Part shown: positions 15,090 to 23,017 of the stretch, in pieces
Position numbering within the stretch: the first letter of the stretch is position 1
Layout: each line of letters starts with the position of its first letter
Assembly: GCF_022869785.1 (NCBI RefSeq)
Contig: NZ_CP094997.1
Location: forward strand, 4,965,066 to 4,989,065
DNA from: Dyadobacter chenwenxiniae
Lineage (GTDB): Bacteria; Bacteroidota; Bacteroidia; Cytophagales; Spirosomataceae
Length of the DNA: 24,000 nucleotides
Direction of reading: 5' to 3'
Translations under genes and position numbers: made by a program
The notes under the pieces: generated by a model
The model's database searches: none
Seen by the model: only the letters and a program-made list of their open reading frames with translations
What the model was told of the DNA's origin: nothing

Positions 15090-17687
15090 ATGGAATTAAT
15101 AGAACGATCGGGTTTTTTGACCCGGCTAAACACCCAATTTGATGATACCATAAACGGAGAAGGTCATTGCATTTTACTGAGTGGTGAGGCCGGAATGGGC
15201 AAGACTTCGCTCGTAAAGGCATTTTGCAATGAGCGGAAAGGAGATTGCATGATTTTCAAAGGTACCTGCGATGCATTATTTACGCCCCGGCCACTGGCAC
15301 CGTTATACGATATCATCTGGCAACTTGGAAACGACACATTAACTCAGACAGGAAACAAAGGCAGTCGCGGCGACCTATTTGCTGATTTCCTCCACGAAAT
15401 GAAAAATTTGGCGGAACCTTCGGTCATCATTTTCGAGGACATACACTGGGCTGACGAAGCAACCCTGGATTTTATCAAATTCCTCAGCAGGCGTATCAAT
15501 CAACTACGGTGCCTGTTTATTCTCACCTATCGGAATGACGAAATTCATTCCCGGCACCCATTGCGAAATCTTTTAGGCCAGTTACCCATTGACTCATTTT
15601 CGCGTCTTGAGCTCCTACCTCTTTCCAAGCATGCGGTGGACAGGATGGCTGCTGAGAAAGGATATAGCGGCGAGGACGTTTACGAAATATCCGGCGGTAA
15701 CCCATTCTATGTCACCGAGATCCTGGCGAGCTATAGTAGCGGGCTACCCGAAAGCATCAAAGACTCCATACTTTCTGTTTGTGCCAGGCAAAGTGACGAA
15801 ACCCGCAATGTGTGGGAGATCCTTTCGGTAGCACCGACGGGATTAGAGATCAAATACCTTGAAAAGATTGTCCCCACTTACACACGGATGATCATGCAGT
15901 CATTGGATTGTAAAATCCTGTTGTTGAAAGCAGATAAGCTATTTTTTAAGCATGAATTGTATCGTCGCACGATTGAATCGTCTATTTCACCATTCGCCAA
16001 AACGGCGCTAAATAAAAGCATCCTCGATCTGCTGCTGGAAGCCGACGAACCGGAGCAGGAAACAGAACGAATTATCCACCACGCCGAACGGGCTAATGAA
16101 TATGATCTGATGCTCCGTTACATTCCGGTGGCTGCTCGCCAGGCCATTAGCCTCGGAGCCCATCAGGAAGCGGCTAAGTTGTATTGTACAGCCATAACTT
16201 ATTACAAAGGCCAGGATATGGCCAGGCTCATTCATTATTACGAATCTTACGCCTATGAATGCTATTTGACCAACCAGACACGAGAGGCGATTAAATATCA
16301 GGAAAAGCTGCTGGCCCTATTCCAGCAGCAAAATGATGTGGAAAAAATTGGCGATTGTATGCGTTTCCTTTCCCGTTTGTGGTGGTTTGAAGGCAACCGC
16401 ACCGAGGCCGAAAAATATGGATTTCAGGCCGTCGAAGTTCTGGAAAAACAGCCTGACTCGCAGGTCAAGGCGCAGGCATTCAGTAATATATCTCAATTAA
16501 AAATGCTTTCGCACCAGCCACATGAATGTATGGCCTGGGGACAGCTTGCCATTGCCATGGCCAAGAAGCTCGATGACATGGAAACGCTTTCTCACGCGCT
16601 CAACAATGTCGGCACCGTTCAGATGGAGATGCCGGAACTGAAACAGTTAGGGGCCAGTGTATTGCAGGAAAGTCTCCATATCGCATTGAAAGGTTCTTTT
16701 CACGAACACGCCGCCCGTGCCTACACCAACCTGGGCGCAAGTTCAATCCGGCTTAAAGATTTTGCATTCGCAAAAAAAGTACTGGATGAAGGAATTCAAT
16801 ATTGCGAAAAACGCGAGCTCGATTCCTGGACCAATTATATGCTGTCGCTCAATGCAAGAATGGACATGGAAACCGGCGCATGGGACGACGCTTACCGAAC
16901 TGCGGAACAACTCCTCGCAAACGACGAACATCCGTCTGTCGTAACCATCGGGCCGATGATCATCGTTGGGACCATTAAAATGAGAAGAGCAGAAGCAGGG
17001 GCACTTCCAATTTTACTCCGTGCGCAGGAAAAGGCATTTGAGACAATGGAATTACAAAGGATCATCCCCGCAATGGTTGCCTTACTTGAATATGAATGGC
17101 TTACAGGCGAAAAGGTCTTGAGCAACCAAGAGTTGGACAGGACCATTGAGATGACTGAAACAATGGGTAATATTTATGAAAACTCTGAATTTTGTTTCTG
17201 GCTGCTAAAAGTCAGGAGTCAGAAAATATCCGTTGACGGCCTTTATGAAAAATACAAGTCCTGCAACCATACCCTGGCTACACGGACTACACAATTTTGG
17301 CACGTTGCAGGATGTCCGTACGAAGAGGCCCTAACCCTGTTCGACGGTGAGGAACTGGATAAAAGCAATGCGATCAAACTCGTCCAGAAAATGGGCGCAA
17401 CAGCTACGTATCAAAAGCTTAAGTCACTGATGCTCGCTTCAGGTATCAGACGTATCCCACGCGGAATGAGGCAAACGACAAGTTCTAATGTCGCCAATTT
17501 GACACTTCGCGAATTGACTGTGCTGCAACTGCTGAAAGAAGGTATGCAGAATAAGGAAATCGCCTCGAAGTTGTTTATTTCCTCTAAAACAGTAGATCAC
17601 CATATCTCTGCATTGCTGGTCAAACTCAATGTAAATTCCCGTGTTAAGGCTGTCAATGAAGCTTTGAAACTCGAAATTTTAAAATAG
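15090..17687 (+). CDS. Large LuxR-family regulator (AAA/STAND ATPase, TPR-like helical repeats, C-terminal GerE/LuxR HTH; MalT/LAL-like)
   Basis: Walker A LLSGEAGMGKTSL and Walker B VIIFEDIHWADEATLDF. There is a long helical-repeat middle region. The C-terminus LTLRELTVLQLLKEGMQNKEIASKLFISSKTVDHHISALLVKLNVNSRVKAV is a LuxR HTH. Confidence 0.9.
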   Translation: MELIERSGFLTRLNTQFDDTINGEGHCILLSGEAGMGKTSLVKAFCNERKGDCMIFKGTCDALFTPRPLAPLYDIIWQLGNDTLTQTGNKGSRGDLFADFLHEMKNLAEPSVIIFEDIHWADEATLDFIKFLSRRINQLRCLFILTYRNDEIHSRHPLRNLLGQLPIDSFSRLELLPLSKHAVDRMAAEKGYSGEDVYEISGGNPFYVTEILASYSSGLPESIKDSILSVCARQSDETRNVWEILSVAPTGLEIKYLEKIVPTYTRMIMQSLDCKILLLKADKLFFKHELYRRTIESSISPFAKTALNKSILDLLLEADEPEQETERIIHHAERANEYDLMLRYIPVAARQAISLGAHQEAAKLYCTAITYYKGQDMARLIHYYESYAYECYLTNQTREAIKYQEKLLALFQQQNDVEKIGDCMRFLSRLWWFEGNRTEAEKYGFQAVEVLEKQPDSQVKAQAFSNISQLKMLSHQPHECMAWGQLAIAMAKKLDDMETLSHALNNVGTVQMEMPELKQLGASVLQESLHIALKGSFHEHAARAYTNLGASSIRLKDFAFAKKVLDEGIQYCEKRELDSWTNYMLSLNARMDMETGAWDDAYRTAEQLLANDEHPSVVTIGPMIIVGTIKMRRAEAGALPILLRAQEKAFETMELQRIIPAMVALLEYEWLTGEKVLSNQELDRTIEMTETMGNIYENSEFCFWLLKVRSQKISVDGLYEKYKSCNHTLATRTTQFWHVAGCPYEEALTLFDGEELDKSNAIKLVQKMGATATYQKLKSLMLASGIRRIPRGMRQTTSSNVANLTLRELTVLQLLKEGMQNKEIASKLFISSKTVDHHISALLVKLNVNSRVKAVNEALKLEILK

Positions 17688-17829
17688 GGAGTATTGTCGC
17701 ATAATATGGGGATCATCACCATAGTCGGGCTAGTCAACTGCATGTAGCTTTGTCCTGGTAGTTCGTCAACCCGGCTTGCGTTTGGAAGACGGTCTTCTTC
17801 ATCAAAATTTTAGATTTGTTATAAGCAGA

Positions 17830-17865
17830 TCCGGCACAGAAGTTTTCCGTGCCGGACTTTTATCG
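17830..17865 (+). terminator. Intrinsic terminator-like hairpin
   Basis: TCCGGCAC (17830-17837) and GTGCCGGA (17849-17856) form an 8-bp GC-rich stem with an 11-nt loop, followed by CTTTTAT. It lies 143 nt downstream of the LuxR-type gene stop. Confidence 0.5.
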
Positions 17866-17969
17866 TAAATCGTAATTCTACGAGAAACATCAGCAAGTTG
17901 CCACAATCGGAATTATCTGAAGACATCGCTATCCGAATATTCAGTTTATAATCTATTGCAACTTTTATT

Positions 17970-18012
17970 GCAACAAAAACAAAAAAGACTTAGCAAATTT
18001 TGCTAAGTCTTT
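17970..18012 (-). terminator. Intrinsic terminator of tRNA-Arg
   Basis: AAAGACTTAGCA (17984-17995) and TGCTAAGTCTTT (18001-18012) form a 12-bp perfect stem with a 5-nt loop. It lies just 3' of the tRNA on the minus strand and is followed there by TTTTTTGTTTTTGTTG. Confidence 0.6.
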
Positions 18013-18022
18013 GATTTTCAAG

Positions 18023-18096
18023 TGGTCACGTAGGGATTCGAACCCCAAACCTCCTGATCCGTAGTCAGGTGCTCTATCCAATTGAGCTACGCAACC
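18023..18096 (-). tRNA. tRNA-Arg (anticodon ACG)
   Basis: The reverse complement is GGTTGCGTAGCTCAATTGGATAGAGCACCTGACTACGGATCAGGAGGTTTGGGGTTCGAATCCCTACGTGACCA. It folds as a 74-nt cloverleaf: acceptor GGTTGCG/CGTGACC, D arm GCTC/GAGC, anticodon stem CCTGA/TCAGG with loop CTACGGA, and T arm TGGGG-TTCGAAT-CCCTA. The discriminator is A and no CCA is encoded. Confidence 0.9.
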
Positions 18097-18146
18097 TTTT
18101 TCCCTTTCTTTTGCGGCTGCAAATGCCTAACCGTTTCTGAATTGGA

Positions 18147-18177
18147 CTGCAAAGATAGGAAAAGCGCGTCTTTGCAG
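18147..18177 (-). terminator. Hairpin between the enoyl-CoA hydratase gene and the tRNA (possible terminator)
   Basis: CTGCAAAGA (18147-18155) and TCTTTGCAG (18169-18177) form a 9-bp perfect stem with a 13-nt loop, 45 nt after the stop at 18222. No clear T-run follows. Confidence 0.3.
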
Positions 18178-18221
18178 CAAATGGTTAAAGTGAAAAAACT
18201 TGAAAAAGTTTAACTTTAATG

Positions 18222-19001
18222 CTAGCGGCCTTGAAAATCAGGACTTTTCTTTTGTAGAAATGAGGCGATTCCTTCCTGGGCGTCGTACGTTTTGAACAAA
18301 CGCTCCTGGTTTTCGAGCTCGTGTTGCTGCATTTTGGCCAGGTCTGACTGGAACGATTCGTTCATGACCAATTTCATTGCGCCTATGGCCTTCGTTGGGG
18401 CGTTGCGGTAGTAAGCGGCGGTTTGCTCGATTGCTGCATCGAGTTTGTCGGCTGGCACGGATCTGCTGATCAGGCCGATGCTGGCGGCTTCCGGAGCATA
18501 GATTTTCCGGCCGGTCGAAGCGATTTCGAAGGCGCGGGCGATGCCGACCAAGCGCGGCAGGAAGAATGTGGCGCCGGCGTCGGGCATCAGGCCGATTTGG
18601 ACAAAAAGTAAACTTAAATAAGTGTCCTCGCGGGCGATTACCAGGTCGCAGGCCAGGGCAAGCGAACACCCTGCTCCTACTGCCAAACCATTGAGCCGAC
18701 AAATCACTGGCTTTGGAATGGTGCGGATGGCCTGGATCATGGGATTATAATATTCCCGTAAAATCTCCCCGGCACCTTTACCCGATCCTGCGGTTTCTTT
18801 CAAGTCTGCGCCTGAACAAAATGCTTTGTCTCCCTCGCCGGTGATGATGAGCACGCGCACGGATTCGTCGTTTTCAGCGGCTTTTATTGCGACGGTGATT
18901 TCGCTGATCAACGCAGGGCTCAATGCATGGTAAACCTGCGGCCGGTTCAATGTGATCCTGGCAACGCCATTGGTGTTTTCGAAAAGTAGGTGCTGATACA
19001 T
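18222..19001 (-). CDS. Enoyl-CoA hydratase/isomerase (crotonase superfamily)
   Basis: 259 aa with ARITLNRPQVYHAL, VLIITGEGDKAFCSGADLKE, PKPVICRLNGLAVGAGCSLALACDLVIA and GLMPDAGATFFLPRLVG, which is the canonical crotonase fold pattern. Confidence 0.9.
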   Translation of the reverse strand: MYQHLLFENTNGVARITLNRPQVYHALSPALISEITVAIKAAENDESVRVLIITGEGDKAFCSGADLKETAGSGKGAGEILREYYNPMIQAIRTIPKPVICRLNGLAVGAGCSLALACDLVIAREDTYLSLLFVQIGLMPDAGATFFLPRLVGIARAFEIASTGRKIYAPEAASIGLISRSVPADKLDAAIEQTAAYYRNAPTKAIGAMKLVMNESFQSDLAKMQQHELENQERLFKTYDAQEGIASFLQKKSPDFQGR

Positions 19002-19020
19002 TGCCGTGAAGTGTTTTTTG

Positions 19021-19659
19021 TCAAAAGAAAAAATAAACCGTCAGGCTACTTACGAAGGCGCCGCAAATGACGCCAACTAAAATTTGTGCAGGCGTGTGCG
19101 CATTCAAATGCAGCCTGGCGCTGAGCAGCCAGCCCGCGATCAAGACAGTAAATATTAAAGGGATAAGCAGTTGCGCATCATCGTGACGCATTAACAGGCC
19201 CGTCAACATGCCGATTGTGCCTCCTATGCCGGTTGCGTGTGCGCTGATTTTCCAAAACAAACTCACCACAGTGACAATGAGTAACGAAACAGTGGCAGCG
19301 CCAAGAATAATTGAGATTTGCGGGGCAAGTTCGCTAATGGGTTGAAGCTTCCAGCCAAACAGGTAAGTGGCCAGGCCGTAAATAATGATACAGGCGAGGT
19401 AAGGCAATCTGCGCTCGGCGAGATCGTCCACGTGCATCGTGCTGATAATGCCCATTTTTTGAAAATAATAAACAACCAATGTGGGCGCGATGAATGTGTT
19501 CAGGAATAAAAGCATCAGCAGGCTGCCCAGTGCCGGAAGTTCGAGAGCGCTGACGCCGACAAGTTCAGGGGAAATAAGAAATAATAGTGCGAATAAATAA
19601 GTCGTAAGAATCAGCGGATGAAATGCTACTGATAATATGAGTGCGATTCGATTGTTCAA
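19021..19659 (-). CDS. Polytopic membrane protein, PAP2-superfamily-like with degenerate motifs
   Basis: There are about six hydrophobic helices. Motif remnants are ERRLPY (KxxxxxxRP-like), KISAHATG (PSGH-like) and SARLHLNAHTPAQILVG (SRxxxxxHxxxD-like, with D replaced by Q). The only start codon at the 5' end is a TTG at 19659. It lies 19 nt upstream of the hydratase gene. Confidence 0.5.
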   Translation of the reverse strand: MNNRIALILSVAFHPLILTTYLFALLFLISPELVGVSALELPALGSLLMLLFLNTFIAPTLVVYYFQKMGIISTMHVDDLAERRLPYLACIIIYGLATYLFGWKLQPISELAPQISIILGAATVSLLIVTVVSLFWKISAHATGIGGTIGMLTGLLMRHDDAQLLIPLIFTVLIAGWLLSARLHLNAHTPAQILVGVICGAFVSSLTVYFFF

Positions 19660-19780
19660 GGGAGAATGTCTTTAATCGGATATTGATTGACAAAATTACG
19701 CTGAAAACCAGTCTGCACAAGAGTCAGTTCCCATAGAAAAGTAAGTTAGGCGCACGGAATAGGTTTTCGTAGGGTAATTT

Positions 19781-19788
19781 GTAATTTT
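19781..19788 (+). promoter_or_regulatory. Candidate -7 promoter box (TAnnTTTG) for asnS
   Basis: TAATTTTG lies 64 nt upstream of the asnS ATG. I found no clear -33 element. Confidence 0.25.
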
Positions 19789-19851
19789 GCGCCTCATTCG
19801 GAAAGCCGGATTCACAAGCATTCAGTACATTAAGATTGAAACCAAAAGAAA

Positions 19852-21288
19852 ATGGGACCGCAGCAAATTAAAGACATTTTACAGACTTCTCCTGAAAACC
19901 AATCCGTTACAGTTAAAGGATGGGTCAGGACAAAACGTGAGAGCAAAAACGCGATTTTCATTGCGTTGAATGACGGTTCAACCATTCATAATATTCAGGC
20001 CGTGGCCGAGCCCGGCCAGTTTTCTGCTGAACTGCTAAGCACCGTCACGACTGGTTCCTGCCTTAAAATAACGGGACAACTGGTTGAATCACAGGGTTCT
20101 GGTCAGGCTGTTGAAGTTAAAATCGAAGATATCCTGGTTTACGGAACGGCCGATCCTGAGACCTTTCCTTTGCAGCCTAAAAAACATTCCCTCGAATTTT
20201 TACGCGAAATAGCGCATTTGCGCCCTCGTACGAACACATTCAGCGCCATTCTGCGCATTCGTCACGCGTTGGCATTTGCAGTACATCAATATTTCAATGA
20301 TGGCGGATTTTTCTATCTGCACACACCTGTTATTACGGCTTCGGATGCAGAAGGTGCGGGTGAAATGTTCCGGGTTACGACATTAGATCTCAATAAATTA
20401 CCAAGAACGGAAGAAGGCGCGATCAATTTCAAAGAAGATTTCTTTGGGAGAGAGGCTAATCTGACGGTTTCCGGTCAGCTTGAAGGCGAGCTGGGTGCGA
20501 TGGCACTTTCCAAGATTTATACATTCGGACCAACATTCCGCGCGGAAAATTCCAACACAACGCGCCATTTGGCTGAATTCTGGATGATCGAACCTGAAAT
20601 GGCGTTTTTCGAGCTGGAAGACAATATGGATCTGGCAGAGGATTTTGTGAAAAAAGTGATCACTTATGCTTTGAATAACTGCAAAGACGATCTTAATTTC
20701 TTGCAAAACAGGTTGGCAGAGGAAGAAAAGAACAAGCCACAAAACGAGCGTTCTATCCCACTTCTCGAAAAACTGAGTTTTGTAGTTGATAATCCTTTCG
20801 AGCGCCTGACTTACACGGAAGCCATTGATATTTTATTGAAATCAAAACCACATAAAGAAAAGAAATTCCAATATCCGGTGGGCTGGGGAATTGACCTTTC
20901 CAGCGAGCATGAGCGTTATTTGGTTGAAAAACATTTCAAGAAACCGGTTATACTCACCAATTATCCAAAAGAGATCAAGTCCTTTTACATGAAACTGGAC
21001 GAGGATGGCAAAACGGTTCGTGCGATGGATGTTTTGTTTCCCGGCATCGGTGAAATCATTGGCGGAAGCCAGCGTGAAGAGGATTATGATAAACTTTTAG
21101 GTCGCGTACACGAGGTCGGCATCGATCCCCAAAACCTTTGGTGGTATCTGGAAACGCGCAAATTCGGAACCGCGCCGCACTCCGGTTTCGGACTTGGATT
21201 TGAGCGTTTGGTGCTGTTTGTGACGGGTATGAGCAACATTCGTGACGTAATTCCATTCCCGAGATATCCGAAAAGCGCAGAGTTCTAA
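19852..21288 (+). CDS. asnS: Asparagine--tRNA ligase
   Basis: 478 aa. N-terminal OB-fold [25 protein letters not shown]. Class II motifs [21 protein letters not shown] and GGSQREE, then [33 protein letters not shown]. Length and sequence are typical of bacterial AsnRS. Confidence 0.95.
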   Translation: MGPQQIKDILQTSPENQSVTVKGWVRTKRESKNAIFIALNDGSTIHNIQAVAEPGQFSAELLSTVTTGSCLKITGQLVESQGSGQAVEVKIEDILVYGTADPETFPLQPKKHSLEFLREIAHLRPRTNTFSAILRIRHALAFAVHQYFNDGGFFYLHTPVITASDAEGAGEMFRVTTLDLNKLPRTEEGAINFKEDFFGREANLTVSGQLEGELGAMALSKIYTFGPTFRAENSNTTRHLAEFWMIEPEMAFFELEDNMDLAEDFVKKVITYALNNCKDDLNFLQNRLAEEEKNKPQNERSIPLLEKLSFVVDNPFERLTYTEAIDILLKSKPHKEKKFQYPVGWGIDLSSEHERYLVEKHFKKPVILTNYPKEIKSFYMKLDEDGKTVRAMDVLFPGIGEIIGGSQREEDYDKLLGRVHEVGIDPQNLWWYLETRKFGTAPHSGFGLGFERLVLFVTGMSNIRDVIPFPRYPKSAEF

Positions 21289-21307
21289 CAATATTTTGAA
21301 GTTTTTT

Positions 21308-21327
21308 GGTAACCCTGTTACCTTTTT
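21308..21327 (+). terminator. Intrinsic terminator after asnS
   Basis: GGTAAC (21308-21313), loop CCT, GTTACC (21317-21322), then TTTTT. It lies 20 nt after the asnS stop. Confidence 0.45.
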
Positions 21328-21329
21328 AA

Positions 21330-21739
21330 GAAGCTACTTTTGCTCTTCCCATATTATTATTTATGCTATCTGGTTGCAGTTTCGGAGATGGGAATATTTG
21401 GATAATCCCAAAGGATTTTAAAGGGTACATCGTAATAATTTTCAACCAAAAATCAGGGGTATTACCAAAACAAGAAGGCCGAAAAATCATGTATGAAATC
21501 CACGCTAAAAGTATTTTGGAACATAACTTGAAATAAACACAGGAAGGCGAGAGTTTGCAGAATATTATTATGAAAAAGTAGCACCGCGATATAAGCTGCC
21601 CTCATATAACATATCAAAGGAAATACCAAAGGAGACTATTGTTGGTTTTGAAGAAGTATCTGGCATATCCTATAAAGACGATGAAAGTAAGGAGGAGGTA
21701 AGATTCTCATATTTCTACATCGGCACCAATCAGAGATAG
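21330..21739 (+). pseudogene. Decayed small lipoprotein gene (start region lost, one frameshift)
   Basis: Frame 0 reads ..ATFALPILLFMLSGCSFGDGNIWIIPKDFKGYIVIIFNQKSGVLPKQEGRKIMYEIHAKSILEHNLK and stops at 21534-21536. The only ATG, at 21363, lies inside the signal-peptide-like stretch. A second frame opens at 21527 and stays open for 70 codons: LEINTGRREFAEYYYEKVAPRYKLPSYNISKEIPKETIVGFEEVSGISYKDDESKEEVRFSYFYIGTNQR, with its stop at 21737-21739. That frame contains no ATG, GTG or TTG. The two frames overlap only within CTTGAAATAA. Confidence 0.45.
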
Positions 21740-21828
21740 GACTGAAACCAAACAATCTTTGTGCTTGCGCGCGGAGCAACAACGACCATTTTATGAAGAT
21801 CAGATAGCTATCTAATTACAGTGGGAGA

Positions 21829-21875
21829 TTCGGCCAAACTCAATTTTGTAACTAACGCTATTGAGTTTGGCCGAT
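21829..21875. terminator. 16-bp perfect hairpin between convergent genes (probable bidirectional terminator)
   Basis: ATCGGCCAAACTCAAT (21829-21844) is the exact reverse complement of ATTGAGTTTGGCCGAT (21860-21875), with a 15-nt loop. It lies 27 nt beyond the stop of the T9SS cargo gene at 21902. Confidence 0.5.
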
Positions 21876-21901
21876 GTTCGAGGATAGCTTACTGTTTAAG
21901 A

Positions 21902-22930
21902 TTATTGATTAACCACGATTTTATAGGTGGTTTCCGATCCATTGGTGTTTGTCAATTGTACCACATAAATGCCATTCGGCATACCCTTCACATTCACTTT
22001 TGACGAGGGCTTACCAGCTGAACGGTAAACTTCTTTTCCATCAGAACCGACAATCTTCACTTTCGAAATCTTGCTCCAATCAGCAGCTTGAATTGTCAAT
22101 TCCTCCGAAACAGGATTAGGGTACGTGTAGGTAGCAACCCCCTCAAACTTAACAGTACGAATCCGGCTATAAGCGCTCGTTCCATCTCTGTCAATCATAT
22201 GCAAACGATAAAGGTTATCACCCTCCAGTGGATCATTATCAACTGCAACATAGTTGACCTGCGCCTTACTTTCACCCGTTGCAGCCACTGTCTGAATTGT
22301 TTTCCATTTTTTTCCATCAAAACTACGCTGTACATCGAAGCGGTCGCTGTTGGTTTCTTCGGTTGTGGCCCAGGTCAATGATGCAGTTTTTCCTTCACTT
22401 GAAGCATTGAATTCTTTTAGCGTTACCGGGAGGTTTACCTCGACAGGTGTGGTTGTTGTGCTATTGTCATTACCAGTGTCGTTTCCCGGAGTTTGGCCTG
22501 GATCTGCAAAACCAAGGTTTGCCACTATAATCCCGTTACCGACCTTATTTCCAGTAAACAGAATATGAAAACTAATACAAGTTGCATTTTCAAGGGGAGG
22601 GTTGTACAGTAAACGAACCGAATGGCTGCCCGGAATATTCTCAAGTGAGAGGATCGTAAAATCGCTTAGGGGAGTTCCATCACTATTTACGACTTCGGTA
22701 ATTGTTAGATTCTCTGAAAAGCTTATTAGTGGTCGTATTCTATTAGCAGGAGCAGTTATCGGATCTGGATCATCATTGCATATCGTCACGTCAATTGCGC
22801 CTGTCTCGTAGTTGAGAATTGATGATTGTAAAGGCGTAATATTTATGCCGATATCCTGTGCATGTGCAAAATTGAAAATGCAGGTGCAAGCGGCAATTAG
22901 ACTACTAAGTAAAAGTGTTTTGATTTTCAT
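21902..22930 (-). CDS. Secreted surface protein with a T9SS C-terminal sorting domain
   Basis: Signal peptide MKIKTLLLSSLIAACTCIFNFAHA. The middle module is LPVTLKEFNASSEGKTASLTWATTEETNSDRFDVQRSFDGKKWKTI..YRLHMIDRDGTSAYSRI. The C-terminal roughly 75 aa, YPNPVSEELTIQ..VKIVGSDGKEVYR..GMPNGIYVVQLTNTNGSETTYKIVV, is a type A Por/T9SS tail. Confidence 0.85.
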   Translation of the reverse strand: MKIKTLLLSSLIAACTCIFNFAHAQDIGINITPLQSSILNYETGAIDVTICNDDPDPITAPANRIRPLISFSENLTITEVVNSDGTPLSDFTILSLENIPGSHSVRLLYNPPLENATCISFHILFTGNKVGNGIIVANLGFADPGQTPGNDTGNDNSTTTTPVEVNLPVTLKEFNASSEGKTASLTWATTEETNSDRFDVQRSFDGKKWKTIQTVAATGESKAQVNYVAVDNDPLEGDNLYRLHMIDRDGTSAYSRIRTVKFEGVATYTYPNPVSEELTIQAADWSKISKVKIVGSDGKEVYRSAGKPSSKVNVKGMPNGIYVVQLTNTNGSETTYKIVVNQ

Positions 22931-23017
22931 TGTTCATTTTGAATTAAAGGATCGACCTAAAAATTGAATAGTATTGCATTGGCCTATATATAGCACGGGT
23001 CTTTTTGTTGACAGGCC

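Noticed and set aside
17734-17802. 22-codon minus-strand ORF (MKKTVFQTQAGLTNYQDKATCS) in the gap between the LuxR-type gene and the tRNA
   Set aside because: It is too short to support from sequence alone, and there is no obvious promoter or terminator in the right orientation.
9500-18096. Idea that the LuxR-linked cluster is a genomic island integrated at the 3' end of tRNA-Arg
   Set aside because: There is no integrase, recombinase or mobility gene. By eye I found no second copy of the tRNA 3' end (GGGATTCGAACC...) and no clear composition shift. A computed repeat search would be needed to revive the idea.
18238-18702. 154-aa Arg/Pro-rich ORF on the minus strand
   Set aside because: It is an alternative frame wholly inside the well-supported enoyl-CoA hydratase gene. 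Its low-complexity Arg-rich composition is typical of an out-of-frame reading of GC-rich coding DNA.
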